Positions 1 through 13,197 of a DNA stretch of 64,000 nucleotides are shown in pieces. Source of the stretch: Tubulanus polymorphus (Eukaryota > Animalia > Nemertea). Below the pieces are notes generated by a model. That model was not told where the DNA came from, ran no database searches, and saw only the letters and a program-made list of their open reading frames with translations. Numbering within the stretch: position 1 is the stretch's first letter; each line of letters begins with the position of its first letter. A program made the position numbers and the translations under genes. The stretch is from contig NC_134026.1 of NCBI RefSeq assembly GCF_964204645.1, forward strand, positions 16,402,150-16,466,149. Direction: 5' to 3'.

Positions 1-102
1 GTAATATCTTTATTAAAATCTATTGCAGGAATATTATATTTAATTGATTTTTTATATTGGAAAGCTTTTGGAAAACTATCTGCCATTTATATAATTAAAA
101 AA

Positions 103-518
103 TTAATAATTAACTAATTCTTTTAATAATTTATCTTGTTCTTCAACTGTTATATGGCCATTTAAACTTATTATATAATCTAGTGTATTCTTTAATTTAT
201 TAATTTCTTTTATATTAGTTTTAATATTTTCTTTATTACTTTTTATATTTAATTTTGAACTTATACCGGTTAAAACACTTGAACTTAATCCTAATACACC
301 AAAGGTGTTAATGGACTGAATATTGCTAGAAATGTTATTACAGAACTAATTGTAACCGAACCACTTATAATCAAATAATATATAATTTTACTTTTTAGAT
401 ATTTTTTCTTTTTAACTTTTAAATCAAATTCTAATATTTGTTTTTCTAAATATGTTTTTAATTTAGTTTTATTTATATCATGAGGAATAATATCAATATT
501 ATCAACTTTATCTTCCAT
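103..518 (-). pseudogene. Polinton small membrane protein (frameshifted), homolog of 34171-34588
   Basis: ORF 291-518 has a hydrophobic stretch IIYYLIISGSVTISSVITFLAIF; the frame continues after a shift to about 103; TAAATG start. Confidence 0.7.
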
Positions 519-540
519 TTATTTAGCAAAAAAAAAATTA

Positions 541-963
541 CTAATTAGCAAACTTATAAGCAACAAATATAACAATAACAGTTCCACCTAAAATCCAAAT
601 TATTTCATATTTCTGTTGTTCTTTACTTGGTGTATAATAATCTGATAACTTAGGTTTGTATAGATGTAATTTTTCTTTATTGGTTACCGCGTTATATAAA
701 CTCATTGCATCATCAACTGATTGAAAATCTCTATGTGAAATCTTCTGATCATATAATTCCTTGTTAATAGAATCCATATAGTTTTGTCGTTTTTCTCTGT
801 ATTCTTCTGCTGCTTTATTGTATTTCTCTAATGCTAAGTTATGTCTTTTTTGTTCTGTTAATGATCCATTTTTATCAATATGTTTAAATAAATATCCACC
901 ACCAGTAAATGCCAAAGCGTTAACAATTGCCGATCCTATAATAGTTATAACTGCAGAAGCCAT
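541..963 (-). CDS. Polinton 140-aa protein with N-terminal hydrophobic helix, coiled coil and C-terminal TM segment
   Basis: Intact ORF MASAVITIIGSAIVNALAFTGGGYLF...EQKRHNLALEKY; near-identical copy at 33728-34150. Confidence 0.85.
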   Translation of the reverse strand: MASAVITIIGSAIVNALAFTGGGYLFKHIDKNGSLTEQKRHNLALEKYNKAAEEYREKRQNYMDSINKELYDQKISHRDFQSVDDAMSLYNAVTNKEKLHLYKPKLSDYYTPSKEQQKYEIIWILGGTVIVIFVAYKFAN

Positions 964-987
964 TTATTTAGTAAAATAATTATGTAT

Positions 988-1209
988 TTATATGGGAGGA
1001 ATATATTTTTGTTTTTCCAAATAATCAATAGTTAAATTAGATAAAGTAACTGCTAATGTTAATTTTGAAATATCATTTATATCAAATCTATCAACATTAA
1101 CACTTCCCATTTTGAATACTTTTTTTAATACCATTGAATAACCAACAGTTCCAACTGATAGTAATGCTCCATTATATAATCCAGTTATTATCCACTTATT
1201 ATCACTCAT
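988..1209 (-). CDS. Polinton 73-aa small hydrophobic protein
   Basis: Intact ORF differing by 1 aa from 33482-33703; TAAATG start. Confidence 0.85.
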   Translation of the reverse strand: MSDNKWIITGLYNGALLSVGTVGYSMVLKKVFKMGSVNVDRFDINDISKLTLAVTLSNLTIDYLEKQKYIPPI

Positions 1210-1566
1210 TTATTTATCAAAAAAATTACTATCATCAAAATATTTAGTTATCTTATTTATGATTAGTTCAACATTTATTTCATTACTAGTTTCATTTGTA
1301 TATATTTCAATTATTATTTTTTTAATATCATCGATGATAAAATCTTCATCTAATTCATAAAATCTTAAAGATTCTCTAATTAAATTAGTAATTTTTTCTA
1401 CATTTAAAGTTTCTTTATCTATTGTTGTTTCATACTCAAATGTTGTTTCATTAGAAAATGTAATATTTTTGATATGTGTAATTACATCATTAACGTTAAA
1501 TTTCATTTCTTTGTCACGTTTAAAATCAAATCCAAAACATATGCTCGGCCCAACAGTTATATTCAT
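1210..1566 (-). CDS. Polinton 118-aa hypothetical protein (variable between copies)
   Basis: Intact ORF with TAAATG start; homolog at 33145-33485 shares both ends but diverges in the middle. Confidence 0.75.
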   Translation of the reverse strand: MNITVGPSICFGFDFKRDKEMKFNVNDVITHIKNITFSNETTFEYETTIDKETLNVEKITNLIRESLRFYELDEDFIIDDIKKIIIEIYTNETSNEINVELIINKITKYFDDSNFFDK

Positions 1567-1582
1567 TTATATAATGAAAATA

Positions 1583-1850
1583 TTACTCATTACATCTTAT
1601 AACTAATTCATAAATTACAGGAAAGTTATTCAAATCAATTAAATATCCATTGTGATTTCTTATTTCTAATTTAGAATTATTAAATTGAGGAATGCAAGGT
1701 TTAAAATCACATTCTGTTAAATTATAATTTATTTGATTTCCAAATTGTTTAACATTTTTTAGCGGTAAAATAGTATACTAGAACTACAAATTGTTTCTTT
1801 AGTTGCTTCGAAAGTTTTTGTAGGCTCGATTAAATTGCAATAAATATAAA
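1583..1850 (-). pseudogene. 3' remnant of minor capsid (penton)-like gene
   Basis: Matches 32855-33127 of copy B; the 5' part is removed by a deletion of about 620 bp. Confidence 0.75.
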
Positions 1851-2084
1851 ATATGTTCTGAATTTATATGTATTTCCTTTTAATCCTTCATATTCTAAGT
1901 GTATAACTAATTTATCTCCATATTTGTTAGTAACTGTATCAATATTTGTAATTAGATATTTCTTATGGATTATTAATTCTTTTAACTTCTTAAATTTATA
2001 ATCTACTGATTTGACATTTGAAGTATCTTTTATTCTATCTAGAAATAATTTGTTGTTCTCACTGTGTGCTTGTTTACTCTCCAT
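1830..2084 (-). pseudogene. Polinton small protein downstream of pPolB, truncated by the deletion
   Basis: Nearly identical to the ORF at 32001 up to FRTY, then fused to the penton remnant. Confidence 0.75.
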
Positions 2085-2113
2085 TTATAATACATATTTT
2101 TATTAAAATTTGA

Positions 2114-5100
2114 TTAACACGTTAGAATTCTTTTCATTATCTCGTTCTCTTTTGTTTCTTCTCTTTTAAATTTTAAGTATTCATCTAAATTACAACCATA
2201 AGCAACTGTATGAATTCCATCATCTAAAATATATCGTTTATCATCAAATGGGTTTAGACTTATCTTTTCAATTTCTTCAATAAACATTTCATGATCTTCA
2301 GATCTTAAACATCTCATCTTATGTTTTCTAACTTCTTCATTGAATATACAATTGATGTAATCTTTGAAATGAATATTCTTTTCTACTAAACTTTTGGTTA
2401 TTCCTTTTAACTTTTTAGCTTCATGTTCTTTAGTTTTATATGAATACATTTTAGATCTAATACCGATGAATTCAGTCATTTCTTCACCACCTAATTCATC
2501 TTTGAATGTACCGGGAACTTTTTTATTATCATTGCTAAACAGTTCATGATCTTTAGGTTAGTTACTAAAATCAAAATGATGTTTTAATGTTTTTAAATCA
2601 TTAGTTATGTTATCAGTTTTTATCTTTAATATGTAACTGTCGGTATCAAAATATAATATTTCTATATGTTTTTCTCCAAAAAGTGGTTGTAACACATTAT
2701 AATAGAATTCATACATTAGTAATTTTGATAATTCTAAAACTGAAGCATCAACATAGATTGGTTTATTAAATTTCATTGACGTTCTTCTCATCTTAACTGC
2801 AGCTAAATTTTCATCAAATATTTTGTTACCAATGACTTTAGGATATGTTTGTAAATGTCTAATTCTTTTACCATTACTGACTAACTCAATATCATTTCTA
2901 TTTCTAATATTTTCACAAGTCTTACCATAGAATGCATTATTCATTAACTTGAAGAAATCTTTTTCGAAATCAGTTTTAGCTTCAGTTCTCTGTTTGGTGT
3001 TAAAATCTATATATTTTTCTAACCACTTAGATTGACTAAATGAAATATATCTATGTACTTTTTTTAGAACCATTCCTTGTTTTAGATAAAACTTTAACAT
3101 TCTATAATGTACTACATAATTATATTTATCTTCTTGAGTTACCATTAACTTTTCTGTATGAATATGATTTTCGGCTTTAATTCTTTTTTGGTAATTTGAT
3201 AATTCTTCATGAGTTACAGTTTTATGTTATGGACAGCAAGCTAGATTTCTAGATTTAAATTTCATATGTTCAGGATATTCTAAATCTACAACAAATAAGT
3301 AACCAGTATCTGAATCATCTGCAATATCTAGAATTCTTTTCTTCCAATCAAATTTATCATTATTTTCATTCTGTAAAACTTCACTTATTTCAAATACTCC
3401 ATAAGGTTGTGGTTCCATCATTGCCCAACCATACAAATTATTTGCATCTATATATAATAACTTATATCCAGGGTTATCATTTACATTGAAATATCTATCC
3501 CCTTATACACCTGAAACACCTCCTCTTATAGATTTTTCAAATAAAAATAATTGATCTATATTTGTTAACAAATCCATTTTTATATCTGTAAATTTTAATC
3601 GAAAATCCCATGTTAATCCTGGTGATGAATAACAATGACATGGATCAATGTTAAAATATTTTAGGTTTACATCTCTAAACCTTTCGAATATATCGGTTAA
3701 TATTAATACATCTGATTTTAAATATAAATCTACTAATTGCCCGTGATTTTCTATTTTGAAATGATTCCAAATATTCAATGTTCTATTATATACTTCATCT
3801 TTAACATATTCATTTTTTAATTCATCATAGAATTGTTCTTTCAATAATTCAGTTATATTGAAATCATTATGTGATTTATAAAATGAATATGGAATTGCTC
3901 CTTTATATCTCATTAATTTAAATCATCAATATTTGGGTAGTGTTGTTTTAATATTTGTAATTCATCATCAACTAATGATTTTGATAAGTTATCTAATGAA
4001 CTATTTAAAAATCTATATGAATCTATAAATCTTAGGCAACCAAATTGGAATGATATATAATTCTCAGATGTTTTAGCTAACATTCTAAATTTATAAGTTG
4101 GTATTTTATCTTTTGATCTATTTGAATTTAATCTTTCTATTTCATTATTAATTTCTTCTATTTTATGACATAACTGTTTGATAAATAAATGTGCATCATA
4201 TACTGATAGATTATGAAATATAACTGGTACAAAGTTAATTTTCTTAGCTTGTAAGTTACAATTCTCATGTGCAGCGCCTCTAAACTTTCCATTCAAATGA
4301 TCATGGTCATAATTAAATATCTTTTCACAATAATAACATTTATCTGCAAACTCAAATTCTTCTTTATCTTCTTCTGTCATTATAATTTCGATATTTTTAT
4401 TTAACTTTTCATTAAATTTTATTTCATATTCAATTAATAAGTCACAAAAATGATTAATAACATATTCATTTCTATAATGATAATACTCACTTTCAATTAG
4501 TTCTGGATGATCAGATTTTATATATAACCCGAAAGCAGCAGCTGATTGATGAATCTTTTTAATAGTATATGTTTTTGGTGGTTCATCTGAAAAATCATTT
4601 ACTTTAGAATTTAATTTCTTTCTTTTATAATATATTTCTTTTCTATCTTGATCAGTTAATTCTTTATTTAATGATTCAAAATCTCCATATATAACAAATT
4701 GTACTTTATTTTTGTAATCATGTTTTTTTGAATTCTAATATTTTATCCTTTTTATTTGGTAAAACTAATTTACAATAATCATGATTTTCACATAATTGTT
4801 TATGATTTAATAATGTACTTTCATTACTGAATTTATGTAAACATTATTATTATCTACATAGATATATTTTATTATGGTGATCACTTTCTGTTCTAAAGAA
4901 TAAATCTATTTGTTTAATCCACATATAATGATTCTCATAATATAATATATCTATAACATCGTTTGAATCATAATCTTTTGATAGATATAAAGGTTCTAAT
5001 GTATAATGTTTTATATTATTACCTTTTGTATTTGGTAATTTGATTAAATCAAATACATTTATCTTTATATTATTATCTCTTTCTATTTTTGGGATGTTTT

Positions 5101-6129
5101 TAATTATAACAGGATACTTATCTATCTTATAATTATTTTCAAATGGTTTATAATGAGTTAATCTAAAACTATGTGTAATATCTTCTGTTGGATGTAAGCA
5201 ACTTATAATTGTCCATAGAAAACATTTATCATCAAAATTTTGTACATTTATTACAGCATTAGTTTTAAATGGTAATTTGATATAACTTGATCCATTTATA
5301 CTATCATCTTTATAATATGATACATTATTTTCATCTATTGGTTTCGATTTAGTTATCTTATTATATATTGTGTTATAAACATGTAAAGTCATAAATATTA
5401 TCTCATCAAATATTAAACCAGACCCTTCAAAATATTTCTCTTCTATTTTAGTTTTTACTTCATTATAACATCATCTATATGTTGTTTAGATATAATATGT
5501 TGTGAATGAGAATTTATATTATATATTGGTTTATCTTCAGATTTTATAAACTTTACTTTAACTGATATACTAATTTTAGGGTATTCAACATCAGTTATTA
5601 TTTTTATTATTTCTTTCATATTTTCTAAATGTTTTTTATTTTCTTCTAATGTTTTTCCTTTATGAAATTTAAACTCGATAGCTGCTGGGCCAATATCACT
5701 TTTAAATGCTTCGGTTATCTCTATATCTTTTTTACTATCTAATCAATTAATATATTTTCTTACATCTTCCATGTATGGTCTTTTATTGTTTGATTTATTT
5801 TTTATGCTTTTAATTGACTTCTGTTTCTTATCATTATCTTTATCAAAATAATCTTCACCTAAAATATCATTATTCTTATTTCTAATATGACTTTTAGATT
5901 TTAAATGTTCATTATAATATCTTTTATCACTGAATGATTGATTACATGTATCACATTTATATATTTCTTTTTCATTCTTTAATTCATCTAATTTAGTTTC
6001 TAATATATCATCGTTATATTCTAATTTCAATTTATTCTCTAAATGTGTTTTAGTTTTATTGTGTCTTGCTTTTTGGGATTTATCTATATTGATATTACAT
6101 GTTGGGCAGTAGTACTTATTTGCTTCCAT
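2114..6129 (-). pseudogene. Protein-primed family B DNA polymerase (pPolB), fragmented
   Basis: Consecutive ORF fragments with N-terminal C2H2 fingers, HNLSVYDAH (ExoII), YLKSDV (ExoIII), YGWAM, KLMNNAFYGK, YFDTDS and C-terminal DDKRY; several stops and frameshifts. Confidence 0.93.
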
Positions 6130-6367
6130 TTTAATACTAAATTTTTTTTTTAAATTGATTTTAGAAGTTCAATGATTTATATTATGTATTACTTCAATCA
6201 CACTTTACAAAATGTTTTAATGTTTAAAAATCTAACTCATACAAATATGAATATTGAAATAATGTTTAAAATATATCTATATATCTATTCTATAAGAGCT
6301 CGTTAATTACTCGTTACTTATATATGTTATTCATTTATATTTTATTCATATATATGAATATTTTAAG

Positions 6368-6557
6368 AGTAATAGGGATAATAGGCTTTCATATCAAAGG
6401 TTGAAGGGGCGAGTGAGTAAAAAAATGAAAATAATAATAATTTACAGTTGAATTAGGAGTGTGCGCAACTAATTCAACTGTAAATTATTATTATTTTCAT
6501 TTTTTTACGAGCTCGACCCTTCGACCTTTGGTATGAAAGCCTATAACCCCTATTACT
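6368..6557. repeat. 190-bp terminal palindrome (hairpin module) of Polinton copy A
   Basis: AGTAATAGGG...TTACAGTTGAATTAG, loop of about 12 nt, CTAATTCAACTGTAA...CCCTATTACT; arms about 89 bp with few mismatches. Confidence 0.92.
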
Positions 6558-6980
6558 GTCGTCACGCTTTACTATATAAAATTACAAGGGATGAAACGCC
6601 AGGCCTCCGCTGTACTTAAATTTTCAGCCAGAAAGTTGGGACAGTCACGTGACATTCTGATGACGTCATCGCATTTAAAACTTCAACACGAAAAGTTAAC
6701 ATATTCACAGACCGATATCAATTGTCCGATTATGATTCATGTGAAATAAATAATTTATAAATAATAAATTAGGATGAAATATATAATTCATAGTCAAAAA
6801 ATGCAATTGAATGTAAGTTATTCTCAAATATTTTTCGTATCATAGTTTCTCTCTTATATGCTTCAGGTTCGCGTTCAGTCAAATAAGAAGCGTTAAGTCA
6901 CGTGACTGTCCCCACTTTCTGGCTGGCACGACATTGAACTGCGTTTCATCCCTTGTTATTTTATATAGCCGTCTGACGAC
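6558..6980. mobile_element. MITE-like element with long imperfect TIRs, abutting Polinton A
   Basis: CTATATAAAATTACAAGGGATGAAACGC...AGCCAGAAAGTTGGGACAGTCACGTGAC is inverted at about 6897-6968. Confidence 0.7.
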
Positions 6981-7553
6981 CGTCTGATAATGATTCTTAA
7001 CGACCAATTGTTTATCGAAACATTATAGCGGATAAATAAACAATATAAACACAAGGTATTTCCGTGATATTTTGAATTTATTCGCAGTTCATATTTAGCG
7101 CCATTCTCGCGAGGTTATCAACAACCCGGAAATAAAATCCAAGCCCATCGCCAAACCCCTGTGCGGAGGAACTGGAAAACAAGATGTGGCGGTTTTGGTT
7201 TAGTAGAGAGAGGGACATTTAACGTTCATCTGGACGCGGGGGACAAGCAACTCCTGCGCAGCTGTGCTTGTCCCGCCTCCACCCAACTTGGGCCTCACAC
7301 GACCCGGATCATCTCGGGGCGTCCCCTATCTCTTCGTGCCTCTTCGCCGTTGGTGGGTATGCCCGGGTCCGCTCGTCCTCCTCTTGGAGGCGAGTAATTC
7401 AGCTGAAACTCTCTGCCGGACAAAATGTCGGTAGCGTGACTCCGGCCTCTCATCAGCTGACCGGATTCCTCGTGCCCTAAAAGTTAGACTAATTTGCTCT
7501 GACTCTCTTTCTCACTCCAAACGTCCACGACAACTCAAAAACGGCATTCTTAT

Positions 7554-7745
7554 AGGCCAACGCACACGGCACTGAAAAAACGTTTTTTGCTCGTGAAAAA
7601 AAAAAACGTTTTTTCGGTGCCGTGTGCGTTGGAGCCAAAACACAAAACACCGAACTGAAAAACGTTTTTCACGAGCAAAAAACGTTTTGTGAAAAACGTG
7701 TTTTCTGTTTCGGCGAAACAAATTTTTTGCCGTGTGCGTTGGGCT
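7554..7745. mobile_element. Small MITE (Harbinger/Tourist-like ends)
   Basis: TIR AGGCCAACGCACACGGCA / TGCCGTGTGCGTTGGGCT with TAT/TAA flanks; a shorter relative lies at 24305-24368. Confidence 0.65.
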
Positions 7746-8664
7746 TAATTTGAAATAGTAACTGTATGTACATTTATTTTGCAGACGAATTAAATCCGGC
7801 GTTGTACCTCGCGATAATTTCTAAATATACATTTTTATTAAATGATCCCGGTCGTTTCACATCTTAGCTATTTACACTTAGGCTCCCGGGCAACGAATCC
7901 GCGGGTTCCGGGGACAACCATGTCCACCGGGGACAACGTTGACCGCGGGCCGTACAACGATAAGCAATGAACCCGGGGACAATGTCCGGGCGGCAAATAA
8001 CCTATATTTACATGTTCTATCACACAAGGCGAGCATGCGCGGTCCGGGTGTCCAGAGGTGGACACGCGGACAGGCGCGGACGACGGTTCTTACATGTTTC
8101 ACTTAAGCTGGAAAGCGTAACTGATCGACTTAGTGTTCTACTGTGCGGCGCTTGAAGTAGCCCGGACAGTCCGAATGAACGGTTTGTTGTTCAATCTCGC
8201 GCGCTGCTGGCCTTTTATAGAGCGCGATTGTCCCCCCGCGCTCTCATTGGCTGGAACAAAGCTCGGACACGCGTGATTGGTCACGCATGCCACGTGACTT
8301 CGAGGTTGGCTGAGTTCCAGCGACAATGAGGGCGGAGCCGGGCAACCGCGCGACGGCTACAAAAGGTCGCGGCGGACACGAGAAAGAAACAACACAGCAA
8401 CTAATGATAAAACGGTAAATAAATGCTATACATATCAAAGAAATATGTTCTAGGAAAAAAATGGAGTTAGAAGGGTTCGAACCCCGCACTCAGAAAGGTA
8501 TACAAAATAATTACAAATACAATTCAACCAGAAGGAACAAAATGAATAGATGCGGGCCCGGAATAACCGGACGCGAAACATCGACCAATTTACGACGGAC
8601 ATTTCATAACGATGCTACGCGGTCACGACGAATTAATATGGATAAACAAAAGGCATTAAACAGG

Positions 8665-8668
<4 letters not shown>

Positions 8669-8763
<95 letters not shown>

Positions 8764-8777
8764 CATACATACATACA

Positions 8778-8810
<33 letters not shown>
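8669..8810. repeat. (TA)n(TACA)n compound microsatellite
   Basis: Directly visible. Confidence 0.98.
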
Positions 8811-8811
<1 letters not shown>

Positions 8812-9589
8812 CGGAGCGGTGAAATCCAGGAGAAAGGTGATTTAAAATAAGCGCCAAATTTGGCGGAACCGGAAATTTTACTACACAAAAAGGCTACCAT
8901 CATTGCACTGTAAACCATTCAAAAGAGTTCAAAGCACCAGATGGAAGAATCAGAAGAATGAAGGAAGTGAGACATGAAAAGATTCCCAAAATATTAAATG
9001 ATTTCGCTTATCGATACAGATTTGGAAATGGCTGCAACGCTAACATATTTGCAGTAATACTTCGCGATTTAGCCGTAGTTTAGGCTATAACATAGATTTG
9101 TTTCAAATTTCAACGTTTCTTTTTGTTTGAGAGCAGTGCGTTCTCTATTCCGTTATTCTCAAAGATTGGATGAATTATAATAAAACCAAAGAATAATTTT
9201 TGAATCCTTTTTAGGCTTATTTTCAAAAGGCCATTGAGTGCACCGGAACTGTCCCAGAAGAATTAATTTTAATGGATATGGAGGGTAAATCAAGCGTAAA
9301 CAAATTATTCCAGTAATTTCTTGATTGCTAACGAATCTTGGTGCCATATGGTCGATGTTAACAGTAAATAATGTTAACAGTGGGCCCTATAGGACAAAAT
9401 GACTTATGTGACATGATGTATTTTTTATCCACAAAAGGACGACATTCAGTATTTGTGAAGCAATTGTTTACGCTTTAGCATTTACAGGTGGTGTGGATAA
9501 CAATAAATAATCACCGTTTCAAAATATGGCTTGTTAATATCACTTTCTAGCAATATTGGCACAAGACCAGCTAGACCGGTAGAATGGTA

Positions 9590-9738
9590 ATGGTAATAAT
9601 AATAATGATAACAATAATAACAATAATTATAATAATTATAATAAGTATAATGATTATAATAATTATAATAAGTATAATAATTATAATTATAAAATTATAA
9701 TTATAATTATAATCATAATCGTAATCATAATCATAATT
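9590..9738. repeat. Degenerate (AAT)n microsatellite
   Basis: Directly visible. Confidence 0.9.
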
Positions 9739-9794
9739 TTTCAATAGTACGAAAAACTGTGGTAATGTAATTCTGATTTAACTATATGCCGTAC

Positions 9795-9868
9795 TTTAGC
9801 TGAAACAGGTAGTGGATCAGCTTCTTGGTCACAACATCAAGCAGGTCGCTTGTTCGAATCTCGGTTCA
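9795..9868 (+). mobile_element. Possible degenerate tRNA-derived SINE head
   Basis: A-box-like TAGCTGAAACAGG and B-box-like GTTCGAATC at tRNA-like spacing; no clean cloverleaf. Confidence 0.25.
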
Positions 9869-10224
9869 ACTCCTGTTTTTAAAAATGCAAGTGTGATTAA
9901 ATTTATGAGTCAATGAAACATGGAATGGATCGGACACAAAAGTTATTGTCGATAGTCGAAATTCATTCGAGATAATGATGAAATATTTTATTACCAGAAT
10001 CGTATACAACTGAAGCGTTGAAAATCGCGAATTTGCCCGCTTGAAATCGTGTCCAATGAAGTCAACGAGTTTAATGAAGTCAACGAGTTTGTAACTCGTA
10101 ATATTATGGTGGCTGATTCGGGCCATGCTAAAAAAAGGAAATTTCTTCACGGCTAGAGCTACGTTAAAAATTTTCACTTTGGCCCGTTTTTGGTTTTCTC
10201 GCGCGAGTAAACAAAACATTCTGT

Positions 10225-11630
10225 AATAATCCCCTGTACAGAGGTGCTGGGATCGCGGGGCATTCAGCTCAAGTATAAAATATAGAAAAGTAGTTCAACG
10301 GCTTTTACCTGACGTATCAATACGCACAATGCTGACCAAAGATCTGCCATTCTTACATTCCTGACAATCCGACATACCGGCACTCCCGACATACCGGCAA
10401 TCCGACATACCGGCAATGCCGACATACCGGCAATGCTGACATACCGACACTCCCGACATTCCGGCACTCCAGACATGCCGACATACCGACATACCGGCAC
10501 TCTCGACATACCGGCAATCCGACATATCGGCAATCCGACACACCGGCACTCCCGACATACCGGCACTCCCGAAATGCTGGCACTCCCGATATACCGGCAA
10601 TCCGACATACCGACACTCCGGCAATGCTGCAAACCTACGTACAGATATCCCAGTCATTATTTAACCAGGCCAGTTGTTTTGAGAATATATATTTGTAACT
10701 CTGGGGCGTTCGGTTCCTAATAATCCCCTGTAGAGTGGCAAGATGGGGCGTTCGGTTCCTAATAGTCCCCTGTAGAGAAATACGCGGGATGTCTAGGGAT
10801 CGTGGGGTGTTTGGTTCCTGATATTCCCCTCGGATCGTGGGGCATTCGGTTCTTGATATTCCCCTGTACAGATGTGCCGGGATCGAGGGCCTTCGGTTCC
10901 TAATAATCCCCTATAGAGGGGTGCTGGGATCGTGGTATGTCGAATAGTCGGCTATGTCGGATTGCCGGTATGTCGGAATGTCGGGATTATCGGATTTGTC
11001 GGATTGCCGGTATGTCGGGAATGTCGGAATGTCAGGATCCGATGTTATAATTCAAATACAGAATTATGATACGAATTACTCATTCATTTCATCTTAAGCT
11101 TCCGCAATGAGGGATTATATTACCATATTTTATACTTGATCCGGGCGTTCGGTTCCTTATAATCCCCAGTAGAGATGCTGGGGCCATGGTATGTTGAATT
11201 GACCGGTATTTCGGGTTTTGTATGTATGTCGCTAGTGTCGGTATGTCGGGATTGCCGGTATGTCGCGAGTGTCGGAATGTCGCGAGTGCCGATGTTATAA
11301 TTCAAATACAGAATTATCATGAACCGAATCACTCATTCACTTTGCTTCCGCAATGAGGGACTATATTACCATATTTTATACTTTATCCATCGGTATGTCG
11401 GGAGTGCTGGTATGTCAGTCGTATGAACTGTTTAACTGTTTAACTTGTCGACAATTCCGACGATATAAAAGTTGCCGAACTATTTTGCTTGTCAACAATT
11501 CCGACCTTTTTTAAAATTGCCGACCGACAGTTCGCTAATTCCGATGATTTAAAATTTCCGACCTATTTTACTTGTCGACAATTCCGATGATTTAAAATTG
11601 TCGACCTATTTATATTTAGCTTGTCGGCAA
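10225..11630. repeat. Complex minisatellite cluster: 17-18-bp CCGACATACCGGCA array (10367-10625) with inverted copies, ~39-bp ATAATCCCCTGTA units and ~37-bp CTTGTCGACAATTCCGA units
   Basis: Directly visible; 11040-11140 is also duplicated at 11289-11385. Confidence 0.85.
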
Positions 11631-12589
11631 TTTCAAGGATTTAAAAACGTAGAACTTGTGGAGATTGGCGACATGGAACTTCATAATTTGAATTGGTTAC
11701 TACGAATACGCGTTTACCGCCATCATTGTTGTGATTAATCTTGCCTAAAACTTACAGTAGAAATGTCTTCGCTTCGGATTGACCAAGAAAAGCCCGTTTA
11801 CGGCAAATATTCGGTGGCACAGATTGCGTCGATCGTTGAATCGAAGGAATTATCTGAAAAGAGAGCAAAAAGAACGCCCACATCGCATAAAACAGAATTT
11901 GGTGAAACAAATCCGGTATGTTAATGTAGGCTATAGGTTAGGCGGGCCTTATTTAGTTACTCAAGTCGGCTCAACTCCAGAACAGGTAAAAGTAGATCTG
12001 CGGGCTCATCATTTCACCGTGAAAATAATTACTACGCGCTGATCGATAGAAGTCGACAATCAGCAATCGGCAATTTCACCCAGTCCTGGCAGTGTGGCTG
12101 TCTCCACAGTGTATCTACGTTGCTCTACGATCCTGTGTAACCACTGTGGTACATCAGACACTAAGGTTCTTGGTGAATCAGAAACCTGATTGTCGACCAT
12201 TTCTCGATTTGACAATTGGCAAGCGGGATATATAATGTCTATCTCAACTTGATTTGAGAACATTCCGGGTGGCCTAGCTCAGTCAGTTTTGATAGTACAT
12301 ACAGGCTGATATAGGCCTTATTAGGACCAGGGAGGACCTGCAGTCGGCCTTAAACATCGATTATCAACTCATTTTTCACTATGTCGGAGGATTGGTAAAA
12401 AATCCTTGTTGAAACGCGATGTCAACGACAATTTCAGACGTCATTTAACGCATGCGCTGTGATGAGCTGGGCGGGCCATTTTTTCAAAAAGGGGTGGTTG
12501 ATAAGACAGTTCAATGAATCACAGTGTTGCAAGGTGGTTGCGGGCGCCATCTTCTCGCATAATTTATGCATCAGCTGTGTTGTTGTTTA

Positions 12590-13197
12590 CCAACACACAA
12601 TAGGCCTATATACAAAAGCCGAATGGCGTATATTCCTTTTCGCGGACCATCTGAAGAGAGAAGATCGAAGAGGCCGAATGATACCATAAAACATTGAGGG
12701 CAGAATCAAATTGAAGGAATGCGCATTGAAGGATAAAATATCAATTGCCTCGATCAAGCGTAACTTAAAAGTGCTTAAGTTTGGTGAGTCAAAAGAGCTG
12801 TCAAATCCATCTCGGTTGTTGCATATTCAATTAGCCACGCGCTGCATGTGAGGTCAAAGGCCTTTAACACTGTCAATCCTAAACCAAAAATTAAAACGAA
12901 GTCATAATATGGCCTAATTGTATACACCTATTCTTTATGCCTATGAAAAACAATACAAACAAGGTTTCAGCAAAAAATACTCTAATCTGAATACACCGGA
13001 TAAAATACAAATATTATACATTTTCATTATATATACACACAGATGTGGAAAGAGAATATATTGGCCTAGAAAAGACCAATTCAAGACACAGGCCTGTCCA
13101 TCACAAGAAGGCACTGGATTCATTCGACCAGGAGATAATTCGAAGGGAGATAGATACATGCAATGGTCAAAGAGAAAGTTTTCAAAACAATTAATGG
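12590..13197 (+). pseudogene. Tc1/IS630-like transposase, N-terminal exons (degenerate)
   Basis: KAEWRIFLFADHLKRE...ISIASIKRNL (HTH-like); exon 13043-13197 bounded by cag/gtaag encodes KKALDSFDQEIIRRE-IHAM. Confidence 0.5.

Larger units (their letters stand above)
1..6557 (-). mobile_element. Polinton/Maverick copy A (pPolB end; remainder lies beyond the window start)
   Basis: Terminus ...CCCCTATTACT at 6557 (AGT start on the minus strand); pPolB fragments and downstream small genes are colinear and highly similar to copy B 27275-34690. Confidence 0.95.

Noticed and set aside
6419-6436. AAAAAAATGAAAATAATA in the copy A hairpin resembling a poxvirus early promoter core
   Set aside because: Expected by chance in AT-rich DNA and not present in the copy B module
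8461-8918. ORFs with YI/HTYI runs
   Set aside because: Translations of the (TA)n(TACA)n microsatellite
10264-10720. Cys-rich ORFs and a CRISPR-like periodic look
   Set aside because: Tandem minisatellite without unique spacers; eukaryotic context and no cas genes
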